64,000 bases of DNA from an uncultured Chloroflexia bacterium (GTDB lineage: Bacteria > Chloroflexota > Chloroflexia > QHBQ01 > JADMIH01): the NCBI GenBank assembly GCA_963797095.1, contig CAWCNY010000005.1, positions 221,231-285,230 of the forward strand, given 5' to 3'. A program made the translations under genes and the position numbers. This document shows, in pieces, positions 17,841-26,758 of this stretch (positions within the stretch are counted from its first letter, which is position 1; every line of letters starts with the position of its first letter). Under the pieces are notes generated by a model. The model did not search any database. It saw only the letters and a list, made by a program, of their open reading frames with translations, and was not told the origin of the DNA.

Positions 17841-19930
17841 CTATACTTCAATACCATCCTCATCGTTGCCCATCAATTGCGCGAGCACTTCCTCAGGGTC
17901 GGTGCTGGGGGCCTGGCAGATGTAGTTGCGGCAAATATAGGCGGTGGCTTTACCCTTCACCGCAGGCCGCCCTTCGAGCAACGGCACCTCGCGTGCAACA
18001 TCTTCAGCGCCCGGCTCATAGGCTGCTACTACCTTGTTGGGAGCAAACGGCGTTCTGACTGCCCGTAGCATAGCGTTCATATCATCGTGCCCGAAGTGCC
18101 CCACCAGCGCCACCTCGGCAGCTCCGCCCAGGTAGAAATCGAGCACCGATAGCATACGCCCGAATGCGGTGGGAGCGCGGCCCAACGCAGGAAGCAGAGG
18201 CTTGATGATCCCAAGCGCGTACTCCTCATATTCGGAGTTAGCGGTCAGCAGATAGAGCCGCAAGAGCGCCTCAGCCGCCTCCGAATTGGCCGATGGCGTG
18301 GCGTTATCGTACAGGTCTTTGGGGCGCGCCACCAGGGCTTCGTGATAGTCGGCGGTTGAAAAGAACCCTCCGCTCTTGCCGTCCCAGAAGTGCCCCGTGA
18401 GCAAATTGATCATATGCCTGGCTTCGCGCAGCCATACCGGGTTGAAATCCGATTCATAAAGGGAGATCAGCGCGCTCGCATACGCGGCGTAATCTTCCGC
18501 GAAGGCATCTATGTGGGCGCGCCCGTCCTTATAAGTCCTGTAGAAGCGTCTTTCCCCACCCTTAGCCTCATAGCTCATCGTCTTTAGCACGAAGTCGGCA
18601 TTGGCTGTCGCGATTCGCAGGTATTCCTCATTGTCCAGAAGGGCGGCGGCCTCCGCGAAGGCCCGCATCATCAGCCCATTCCAGCCCATGAGCACCTTAT
18701 TGTCGGTGCCTGGGTGTATTCTCCCGGCTCGTGCCTCATAGAGCTTCTTGCGCCAGCTTTGCACTCTTACATTCAAATCATCAGGGTCGATCCCATTTCG
18801 CTGTGCGAACTCCTCGATAGGCACATCCAGGTGCAGGATGTTGTGCCCCTCGAAGTTGCCGCGCCCGGCCGCATCGTATAACCGGCTGAATAGCTTGCCC
18901 TCTTCCCCGCCGAGTACGGCCACGATCTCGTCGGGGGTCCATACATAGAACTTGCCCTCCACGCCTTCGCTGTCGGCGTCCTGCGCCGAGTAGAAGCCTC
19001 CTTCGGGCGATGCCATCTCGCGGGCAACATAGCTCAACACCTCCTCGGCGATCTGCCTGTAGAAAGGCTTGCCGGTGGCCTGGTATGCCCACAAGTAAAC
19101 CCTGGCAAGGAGGGCGTTATCGTAGAGCATCTTCTCAAAATGGGGCACCAACCACACATCATCCACGGAATAGCGATGGAAGCCTCCCCCCACCTGGTCG
19201 TAGATGCCGCCAAGCGCCATCTTCCGGAGGGTTAGCTCGGCCAGTGCAAGGAGTTCGGTATCGCCGGTGCGCTTCCACTGCTTGAGCACAAACTCGATAT
19301 TCATCGGCTGGGGGAACTTGGGCGCACCCGTTGTTCCGCCGTTCACCCGGTCGAAGTCGCGCAAGAGGTTGCGCACGGCTTCATCAAGCACCGCCACGCT
19401 CGGTTCGTTGCGGGAGGGCGGGAGCTCGCGCCCACCCGACAGGAACTGGCTCAACTCTCTGGCGCTCTGGCCCACGTCGGCTCGGCGCTCGCGGTAAGCG
19501 CGCGAAACCGAGGTGAGGACGCGCGGGAACGAAGTCATGCCGCGCCCTTCCTGTGCCGGGAAGTAGGTGCCTCCGTAAAACGGCTCGCCATCAGGGGTAA
19601 GGAAGACGGTCATAGGCCAGCCTCCCTGCCCGGTCATGGCCTGGATCGCGTCCATGTAGACCGCGTCGAGGTCGGGGCGCTCCTCCCGGTCCACTTTGAT
19701 ATTGACGAACAGGTCGTTCATCAGCGCCGCAATAGCGGGGTTCTCAAACAATTCGTGGGCCATTACATGACACCAGTGGCAGGCCGAATAGCCGATGCTA
19801 AGAAGGATAGGCTTGTCCTCCTCCTTTGCCTTGCCCAGGGCTTCGCGTCCCCACGGATACCAATCGACCGGGTTGTCCTTGTGCTGGAGCAGATACGGAC
19901 TGGTTTCCCCGGCAAGTTTGTTAGGCATTG
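17841..19930 (-). CDS. Thioredoxin-domain protein, YyaL/DUF255 family (N-acylglucosamine 2-epimerase-like six-hairpin C-terminal domain)
   Basis: Starts [16 protein letters not shown]. Thioredoxin-like CHWCHVM. The long six-hairpin glycosidase-like C-terminus is typical of YyaL. The 1010-aa ORF in the track is an upstream run-on. Confidence 0.8.
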
Positions 19931-19939
19931 TTCTTCTCC

Positions 19940-20578
19940 CTATGCAAGCAGACTGAGCAGCGCCACCACCCCAAACCCCAGGATGAGTATACCTGAGATA
20001 CGGTTTACCCACCACAGACCCCGAAGCGTAAACTTCCCCCTCAGCAGGCTCACGCCTCCGCTCAACAGAAGCCACCACAAAGCCGATCCTGTGAACACAC
20101 CAAGCACCAGCAAGGTCGGGGCCAGGTAGTCTCCTCGGGCGCTGGCCAGCCCAAGCCCCGCGAACACCACCACGAATGATAGGATGGTGGTGGGGTTGGT
20201 AAGGGTAAGCGCCAGCGTGGATAGGTAGGCTCCCACCAGCCCCGCCCGGCGGCTGTCGTTCTCGGCTGGAGAACCGGTGGGCCTGGAGATAAACGTGCGC
20301 ACGCCCAGGTACAACAGGAAGAGGCCGCCCACAAGTCTCAGCCAGGCGGCCTGGCCTACCAGGAACGTCGAAATGAAGGTAAGGCCAAAGCCCGCTATCA
20401 ATCCATAGGTGGCGTCGGCGGTGGCCGCGCCCAGGCCCGACACCAGCCCATAAGCGCGCCCCTCGGCCAGCGTCCGCCGGATGCAAAGCACCCCGATTGG
20501 CCCGACCGGGGCCGCGATAGAGAAGCCTATAAGTAATCCGCGCAAGTAAATCCAGGGGTCCATGATTTGGTGTTCCAA
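19940..20578 (-). CDS. LysE/RhtB family amino-acid exporter
   Basis: Six TM segments. LysE signature N-terminus [32 protein letters not shown]. Confidence 0.8.
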   Translation of the reverse strand: MEHQIMDPWIYLRGLLIGFSIAAPVGPIGVLCIRRTLAEGRAYGLVSGLGAATADATYGLIAGFGLTFISTFLVGQAAWLRLVGGLFLLYLGVRTFISRPTGSPAENDSRRAGLVGAYLSTLALTLTNPTTILSFVVVFAGLGLASARGDYLAPTLLVLGVFTGSALWWLLLSGGVSLLRGKFTLRGLWWVNRISGILILGFGVVALLSLLA

Positions 20579-20585
20579 GTTCCTG

Positions 20586-20620
20586 GTAGTCGGTAGTCGG
20601 TAGTCGGTAGTCGGTAGTCG
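20586..20620. repeat. Tandem heptanucleotide repeat (GGTAGTC) x5
   Basis: Perfect 5 copies in the LysE-AzlD intergenic region. The same unit in opposite orientation occurs x10 at 54602-54671. Confidence 0.9.
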
Positions 20621-20638
20621 GAGGATCCTGGGAAATGG

Positions 20639-20992
20639 TTAGGGGAGGAATCTCCTCAGCAGCCAGACCGACACGACGCCGACCAGCATAGCAAGGAGCA
20701 GGTTCTTCAACCTGGCGGCCACCGCAGCCGTTATCAGCGCGGCCAGCGCCTCGGCCGGTCCTGCCGTTAGCGTGCCCGATTCGCCTCCCGCTTGCGCCCC
20801 CAGCAAGCCCGCCGGCACGATAGTGGGAGCAACAATAGCGATTAGCACGGCGGCGGGTACGTATCGAAGCCATGAGCTTAGCTTTCCCTGGAGCGACGCC
20901 CGGCTCAACAGGAGGAAGCCGCCGATGCGAGTGGCATAAGTTACCGCAGCCATCCCCAGGATCGTCAACAGCACCAGTGGATCAACCGTCAT
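20639..20992 (-). CDS. azlD: Branched-chain amino acid transport protein AzlD
   Basis: Small 4-TM protein. Overlaps the AzlC gene by 11 nt, giving the typical azlCD pair. Confidence 0.7.
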   Translation of the reverse strand: MTVDPLVLLTILGMAAVTYATRIGGFLLLSRASLQGKLSSWLRYVPAAVLIAIVAPTIVPAGLLGAQAGGESGTLTAGPAEALAALITAAVAARLKNLLLAMLVGVVSVWLLRRFLP

Positions 20993-21707
20993 CTCGCAGA
21001 CCTCCAGCCAGGCTACCCGCCAGCCCGCCCAACAATATGTACCACTTGCCGGGAAGGTAAAGCGCGGCCACCACTGCCACCACCCCGGCCACCACCCAGG
21101 GCCCTATATCGCGCCTCCCCTTCCAAAAGCCAACCAGCAACCCCAGAAAGACGGCGGTGAAAGCGAAATCGAGGCCCCACTCTTCCGGCCTGTCGAGGAT
21201 TCCGCCCAGCGTCTGCCCGACTACTGTGGCGCTTGTCCAGGCTACGAAGGCGACAAGCCCGCTTCCAGGCAGGAACGATACGTTGCGCCCGCCCCGCGCG
21301 AAGTACCCCATTGTCAGAGCCCAGCTTTCATCGTTCATGAGGAAAAGGGATATGTATCTTTGCCACCTGCGCAATCCCTCGATCCTCGGCCTTATCGCCG
21401 CCCCCATCAGCAAGTGCCGCAGATTTACCACCAGGGTGGTCAGAACTATGGCAGCGACTGGCAGGGGAGCCACCCACAGGCCAAGCACAGCGAATTGCGA
21501 CGACCCGGCAAACACCATGGCGCTCATCAGGAACGATTCCAGCAGGCTAAGGCCGGCCTTCTGTGCGAGCACCCCAAAGGTAAGCCCGTAGACGAAGATG
21601 CTGATGGCAAGAGGCACCATCTGGCGCGCGCCCTCCACTAGTCCCACTAGCGTGAAAGTCTGGTTGCTTGAGATTGTTACATCACCCACCATGTCATCTT
21701 CCGCCAT
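20982..21707 (-). CDS. azlC: AzlC family branched-chain amino acid permease
   Basis: AzlC signature SAMVFAGSSQFAVLGLW. The start is probably at MAEDD (about 21707) rather than the ORF-track start at 21773. Confidence 0.75.
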   Translation of the reverse strand: MAEDDMVGDVTISSNQTFTLVGLVEGARQMVPLAISIFVYGLTFGVLAQKAGLSLLESFLMSAMVFAGSSQFAVLGLWVAPLPVAAIVLTTLVVNLRHLLMGAAIRPRIEGLRRWQRYISLFLMNDESWALTMGYFARGGRNVSFLPGSGLVAFVAWTSATVVGQTLGGILDRPEEWGLDFAFTAVFLGLLVGFWKGRRDIGPWVVAGVVAVVAALYLPGKWYILLGGLAGSLAGGLRDDG

Positions 21708-21942
21708 GCACGTTCCTCCAGGCATAAAAAGACCCGCCGGACCCTCATGGACCCGGCGGGCTGATTGCCACACAAAGCGCAGCTAACCAGCCTTCCCTAG
21801 CGGGTCGCCTGGCTGCTGCTGGTTTTCGACACAGCTAACAGTATATTTCCCTGGTGATAACCAAGTTTCCATGTGGCTCATAATAGCAGCCACCACCACG
21901 TATGTCAATAGGTCTGAAGTCGCACTTTCACGTGAAAATGCG

Positions 21943-22806
21943 TTAGCTTTCCCCGGTCAAACCCCTAGCCTTGCCCTCGTCACCGGCGGTTGGATCTATG
22001 GCGCTGCCCACCACCGGAGGCCGCACATCATCACCTCTATCATCTGAATCTTTGGCCTGTTGCACGGCCTGGTCGCCGTCGCCTGTGGTTGGTGGGAGCG
22101 GGGATGTGGGAGGCATGGCTGACAACGACGGTTTAGCATCAGTTGCCGTGGGCGTTGAAGCCCCGGCACTGGAACTCGCCATCGCCATCAGCGACTGCTC
22201 GTCGAGAATTCCCGAGGGTGGATTGTTCGGATCCGAATCCGGCGTGGTCTGGGTCTGTGTCGTGTCGGGTGAAGGCTGCACATCAGGAACAGGCGTGCCC
22301 GACGCCTGGGCAGAGAGTTTGGGGATAGCCTCCATCTTGATAATTACCGCATCAGGTCCGATGCTGACTATATCGCCCATCTCCAGCTCTGCCGAGGCAT
22401 TACGCGCGGTCGGCACGATCTTGCCGCCCACCTCAAGAGTGGTAATGGTGCCGGTGCTCTCATCGAAAAAGACATCTTCCACCTTGCCCATCTGGTCGCC
22501 CGATTCCGTAAAAATATGCTTCCCTACCAGGCTGTCACGGTCGTCCATAATCTCCTTCACCTCGGGGAACTGGTCTACACGTCGCACAGCCTTGCTGTCG
22601 GTAATTACAACGGCGTCCTTGCCGAAACTCACCACATTTTCCATCGCGACAGCAGTAGCCGCCGAGAAGAGGCCGCCCTCATCGAGGATCAAGGCCACGA
22701 TACGCGAGTGATCTTTGCTGATCACGATATCGCGAACCGAATCGAGCCTCTCGCCGTCCATTCGGCTCAGCACTTTCTTACCGATAATGCTCTGTCCTTT
22801 CAGCAT
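21943..22806 (-). CDS. Tandem PRC-barrel domain protein with acidic Pro/Thr-rich tail
   Basis: Two PRC-barrel-like units (GKKVLSRMDGERLDSVRDIVI...; GKHIFTESGDQMGKVEDVFFD...). Low-complexity C-terminus. Confidence 0.7.
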   Translation of the reverse strand: MLKGQSIIGKKVLSRMDGERLDSVRDIVISKDHSRIVALILDEGGLFSAATAVAMENVVSFGKDAVVITDSKAVRRVDQFPEVKEIMDDRDSLVGKHIFTESGDQMGKVEDVFFDESTGTITTLEVGGKIVPTARNASAELEMGDIVSIGPDAVIIKMEAIPKLSAQASGTPVPDVQPSPDTTQTQTTPDSDPNNPPSGILDEQSLMAMASSSAGASTPTATDAKPSLSAMPPTSPLPPTTGDGDQAVQQAKDSDDRGDDVRPPVVGSAIDPTAGDEGKARGLTGES

Positions 22807-22818
22807 GTGCGATACTCC

Positions 22819-22929
22819 TTATCTGGGTGAAAATACGAAGGAAAAGACCAGTATGGCTATGAGTACGATGGCGAGCACCACGAGCACGATCACCAGGACG
22901 GTGTTGTTTCTGCCCCCTCGCAAGCGCAT
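22819..22929 (-). CDS. Possible 36-aa hydrophobic micro-protein (MRLRGGRNNTVLVIVLVVLAIVLIAILVFSFVFSPR)
   Basis: Not in the ORF track (under 60 aa). Single TM. Its stop TAA lies within the AAGGAG ribosome-binding site of the downstream PRC-barrel gene. Confidence 0.3.
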   Translation of the reverse strand: MRLRGGRNNTVLVIVLVVLAIVLIAILVFSFVFSPR

Positions 22930-23353
22930 AGTGCTCTCCTTCCGGCAAGTTCCAGGCCAAATGTTGTACCGTTCAATGTCACATTATACATGAGATTCCT
23001 TATAATGGTGGGTACAATACAAGGGCGAGCAACAGTAGCCAGCCTCAGATATAGGAACTGGCCCTGAGAGGAATGACGATGCAGCATGGCATCATAAATG
23101 CTACCTCGCGAGCCTGGAGATTGCTCAACGGGAGGTGGCACTCACACCGAAATCAAGGCAAAACAAAAAGCTCCGACAGACCCGAAAGTCCCTCAGAGCT
23201 TTTGTGCCTCCGAACAGCTTGCGCGTCCGAAGTAATCACAGTATAGCGGATGTCGCATTGCCTGTCAATAGGTTTCGCGGGCCAATTTCGGGCGATTTTG
23301 GGTCATTTTTGGAGGTCCCGCAAGGGACCCTATAACAACACATTGGAGACGAT

Positions 23354-24841
23354 ATGCATCGACCTTCCCACTCACGCTTGATAGTCCTGCTGGCTGCGCT
23401 GGCGACACTCGCGGCGTGCGATTCGGGACCTTCTACCCCTACCGCCCCAGCCCCACCTACAACCACCACTGTCGCCACTGCAACCGCAGTCCCGGTCGCC
23501 ACATTTACTGTCACCTCAGTTGCCCCGACCGAAGGCGTCACTGAGACCCAAACTCCAACGGGAAGCATCGAGGTGGTAGCGCGCACCCTCATAACGGAGA
23601 TTGCGCAGGGTGAGTACGACAATGCTATTGCCAGCTTCAACTCGACGATGGCCCAGGAGCTGCCGGCCTCCAGGCTCGAAACTACCTGGAATCAGTTGAT
23701 CGCACAATTCGGCCCTTTCCAAGAGCAGGGCGCGGCCCAGATCACCCGGCAAGACCCGTATGATATAGTGACCATCCTGTGCGTCTTCGAGAAGGGAAAC
23801 CTGAATGCCAGGGTGGTGCTCAACTCGGACCGCCGGGTCGCAGGCCTCTTCTTCGCTCCGGCTCCTTCGTCCACGCCCGGCGCCACGGTCACATCGAGCT
23901 ATCAGCCTCCCGATTACGTCAACACAAATAGCTTCACCGAGCGCGAATTGAGCTTCGGCGATCCCGATTGGATACTCACCGGCACTCTCACAATGCCAAA
24001 TACCGAAGGGCCGCACCCGGCGGTTGTGCTGGTGCAAGGCTCAGGTCCATCGGATCGAGATGAGACTATTGGCCCCAACAAGCCCTTCCGAGACCTTGCA
24101 TGGGGCCTTGCGTCTCAAGGGATAGCCGTGTTCCGGTATGACAAGCGCACCTTCACCTACCAGGCAAAGTTAGCCACCATACGGGACGAGATCACCATCG
24201 ACGATGAGGTAGTGGACGATGCTATCTCTGCGCTTGCTCTGCTGGTCAAGACCGAAGATATCGACCCCGGGAGGGTGTTTCTGCTGGGGCATAGCCTCGG
24301 TGCCTACATGGCCCCGAAGATAGCGCAAATCTCACCTGACGAGCATGGGTTCATCGCTCTGGCCGCGGAAGCCAGACCGCTGGAAGATCTGATCCTGGAC
24401 CAATACACCTACCTCGCCAACCTCGACGGCTCCATCTCGCCCGACGAACAGAAACAACTGGACGCACTGAAAGACCAGATTAACAATGTCAAGAACTTGC
24501 AGCCTGGCTCCACCGTACCCGCCGAACAATTGCCGCTTAACGTTCCTGCTACCTACTGGCTGAGTCTACAAGGTTACAGTTCAACCTCTTTCGCCGCTGA
24601 TCTTCACGAGCCGATGCTATTCTTGCAGGGCGAGAGGGATTATCAGGTCACAATGACCGATTTCGAGGACTGGCAGCAAGCCCTGGCAGGCAAAGAGGAT
24701 GCGATGCTCAAAAGCTATCCTGATCTCAACCACCTCTTCATGGAAGGCTCACAACCGCCGACACCAGCCGACTACGAGACACCCGGCCACGTGGCAGCAC
24801 CGGTAATCCAGGACATTGACCAATGGATCGTCGGCCATTGA
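23354..24841 (+). CDS. Lipoprotein alpha/beta hydrolase with N-terminal DUF3887-like domain
   Basis: Lipobox LAACDSG. Nucleophile elbow GHSLGAYMA. Dienelactone-hydrolase-like layout. Confidence 0.7.
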   Translation: MHRPSHSRLIVLLAALATLAACDSGPSTPTAPAPPTTTTVATATAVPVATFTVTSVAPTEGVTETQTPTGSIEVVARTLITEIAQGEYDNAIASFNSTMAQELPASRLETTWNQLIAQFGPFQEQGAAQITRQDPYDIVTILCVFEKGNLNARVVLNSDRRVAGLFFAPAPSSTPGATVTSSYQPPDYVNTNSFTERELSFGDPDWILTGTLTMPNTEGPHPAVVLVQGSGPSDRDETIGPNKPFRDLAWGLASQGIAVFRYDKRTFTYQAKLATIRDEITIDDEVVDDAISALALLVKTEDIDPGRVFLLGHSLGAYMAPKIAQISPDEHGFIALAAEARPLEDLILDQYTYLANLDGSISPDEQKQLDALKDQINNVKNLQPGSTVPAEQLPLNVPATYWLSLQGYSSTSFAADLHEPMLFLQGERDYQVTMTDFEDWQQALAGKEDAMLKSYPDLNHLFMEGSQPPTPADYETPGHVAAPVIQDIDQWIVGH

Positions 24842-24869
24842 TCCGCACGAACCAGCTATCGAATAGTTT

Positions 24870-26273
24870 TCAGAACGTGGTAACGCCCGTGAAGGTGCAG
24901 CGCCCGAACCTCATGATGGGCACAAAATAGTTCTGGGTAGCCATGCCATTCGCCGCCCACCAGTCCTGGCACGCTTTGCCTGTGCCCGTTTCTTGCAACG
25001 ACGACAGTAGGTCGAGCACGCCCATCTCCAGCCGAAGGTTCTTGAGAGCGCCCACGATCTCCCCATCCACTATCAAGAACGTCCCGTCGCGGGTCGTGCC
25101 GGTGGCGATCACACGCTTGCCATCGGGGCAGTGGGTGTAGTGGAAGCGCGTGACCAGCACGCCTCGCTTGACATGCTGCACCATTTCCTCCAACGTTGAA
25201 TCTCCCACAGGCATAACAATATGGTCCGCCGTCGGCCCGCCTGACCACCCACCAAAAGGACCAGCCGCGTGGCCCGTCGAGCGCGTGCCAACCTCCTGTG
25301 CGGTCTGCGCGTCATACACCGGCCCCTGCGCTACCCCATCCTTGATTATGTCAACTCGCGTGGCCGGGAGGCCCTCGTAATCTATCGGCAAAGGCAAACA
25401 GCGAGGGTCGGTCGGGTCGTCCCAGATGCTCACCACTGAAGAAGCCACAGGCTCACCTGTGCGCCCCGACAGGAACGATTGTCCGTCGATAGTCTGCCTG
25501 GCCCCCATGCCCCACACAGCCGGGAACCGCAGCATATCGGCCACCGCGTTCGGCTCGAATATCGCCTCGTAGTCGCCAGGCTCGATTTCGGCCTGATCCT
25601 TGTTAGCCAAACACTTCGCGACTGCCTGGGCAGCCACGCGTTCAGGGTAGATATTCAAGGCGTCGCGATCAAGCGCATCGCCGTAACCTGTGCCGTCATT
25701 TCCCTCCACCAGGGCCTTCAGGTAAGCAGTGGTGTACGCAGCATAAGATCGGATGCCTGTGCTGCTGACCACCGCCAGTTCCTGGGCTGATGACCGGTAG
25801 GTACCGAACGCCTTCAACCCCGCACGGGAAGCTTCCTCCACCACCCGCCTGATCGCCTCGGCGCGCGCCCGGGCAGGCATAGCAGCCGTCGACTCGAACC
25901 AGCATTGGGGTCGCTGCTCAGGTTGCGGGTAGCCGGTCGCGGGCGGAGGAAGGGGTGTCCATCGGGGATTGGGAGCCTGCAATCGTGCAAGCCCCACTGC
26001 ACGTTCGATGGCGTCATGGAGGTCTGCCGTCGAGAGTGAGTTGCTGAAGACACGCGCGGTGGCCCGGCCAACTGACACGCGCACCGCCACCTTCAGATCG
26101 ACCTGGGCCACGTTCTGGTGGATTTCCGAATTGGCGTAGCGGGTGATTTCAGTGCTATCGCCCAGCAACACAAGCTCGGTGGCGTCGGCGGGCGAGCCTT
26201 TGAGCGCGGCTTCAAGGAGCGATAGGCTCTCTGCCTCGCCAAGTAAACCCCGATTGTGCAGGCTATCGACCAT
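24870..26273 (-). CDS. TldD/PmbA family metalloprotease (peptidase U62)
   Basis: C-terminal conserved core GHAAGPFGGW...HCPDGKRVIATGTTRDGTFLIVDGEI. The start is taken at MVDSLHNRG (26273); the ORF-track 5' extension overlaps the DinB gene. Confidence 0.75.
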   Translation of the reverse strand: MVDSLHNRGLLGEAESLSLLEAALKGSPADATELVLLGDSTEITRYANSEIHQNVAQVDLKVAVRVSVGRATARVFSNSLSTADLHDAIERAVGLARLQAPNPRWTPLPPPATGYPQPEQRPQCWFESTAAMPARARAEAIRRVVEEASRAGLKAFGTYRSSAQELAVVSSTGIRSYAAYTTAYLKALVEGNDGTGYGDALDRDALNIYPERVAAQAVAKCLANKDQAEIEPGDYEAIFEPNAVADMLRFPAVWGMGARQTIDGQSFLSGRTGEPVASSVVSIWDDPTDPRCLPLPIDYEGLPATRVDIIKDGVAQGPVYDAQTAQEVGTRSTGHAAGPFGGWSGGPTADHIVMPVGDSTLEEMVQHVKRGVLVTRFHYTHCPDGKRVIATGTTRDGTFLIVDGEIVGALKNLRLEMGVLDLLSSLQETGTGKACQDWWAANGMATQNYFVPIMRFGRCTFTGVTTF

Positions 26274-26281
26274 GCCCAGGG

Positions 26282-26752
26282 CTAGCGGCCAACCGCCGCA
26301 CCGATCTGCGCGATATGCTCGTCCTCGTGCTCGGCGATCTGGACGGCAATTTCCTGCACGCTCATAGGGCCGCGCACTTCGTGGGTGCCTTTGCGCTCCC
26401 AATCTTCAGGGCCCAGCCCCCGCAAGGCGTGAACAAGCTCTTTGCGCTTGAGCATCATGGTGTGCAGGAGATCGGTCACGGGCAGGCTCCCGTAGCGAGC
26501 GACCTCAAGCCAGCGCCTCTCGTCGAACCCGATCAGAGGCGTGGCATCGCGTACCAGAATCTGGTATATGCGCGGCTCCAGGATGTCGTTGGCGGCCCGC
26601 ACGTGTGCCATCACCTGCGCCGGCGTCCACTCGTCCTCCGAGCCTGCCGCCAGCGAGTCGGCGTCCTCAAGGCGCGAAAGCAATTCCGCAAACTTCCCGG
26701 GCGCAGCGGCTAATCTCTCTATCAATGCATCAACTTCGTTACTATCTGGCAT
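26282..26752 (-). CDS. DinB_2/YfiT-like metal-dependent hydrolase family protein
   Basis: Four-helix DinB-like pattern with His residues (AHVRAAND; AEHEDEHIAQI). Confidence 0.7.
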   Translation of the reverse strand: MPDSNEVDALIERLAAAPGKFAELLSRLEDADSLAAGSEDEWTPAQVMAHVRAANDILEPRIYQILVRDATPLIGFDERRWLEVARYGSLPVTDLLHTMMLKRKELVHALRGLGPEDWERKGTHEVRGPMSVQEIAVQIAEHEDEHIAQIGAAVGR

Positions 26753-26758
26753 ATTCTC

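Noticed and set aside
20586-20620. Possible CRISPR array (regular short repeats here and at 54602-54671)
   Set aside because: Units are 7 bp with no spacers, so these are simple tandem heptamers and not CRISPR repeats. No cas genes are present.
17841-20873. 1010-aa ORF on the minus strand
   Set aside because: An artefact of high GC. It fuses the real YyaL-like gene (start MPNKLAGE at 19930) with a read-through of the LysE and AzlD region in a non-coding frame, including translation of the heptamer array.
22930-23354. Possible sRNA in the divergent intergenic region (GNRA-capped hairpin gaggtcccgcaagggaccc and a weak gctc...gagc-TTTT hairpin)
   Set aside because: The stems are short and the position is consistent with ordinary promoter or 5'-UTR structure of the hydrolase gene. 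There is no independent promoter and terminator pair.
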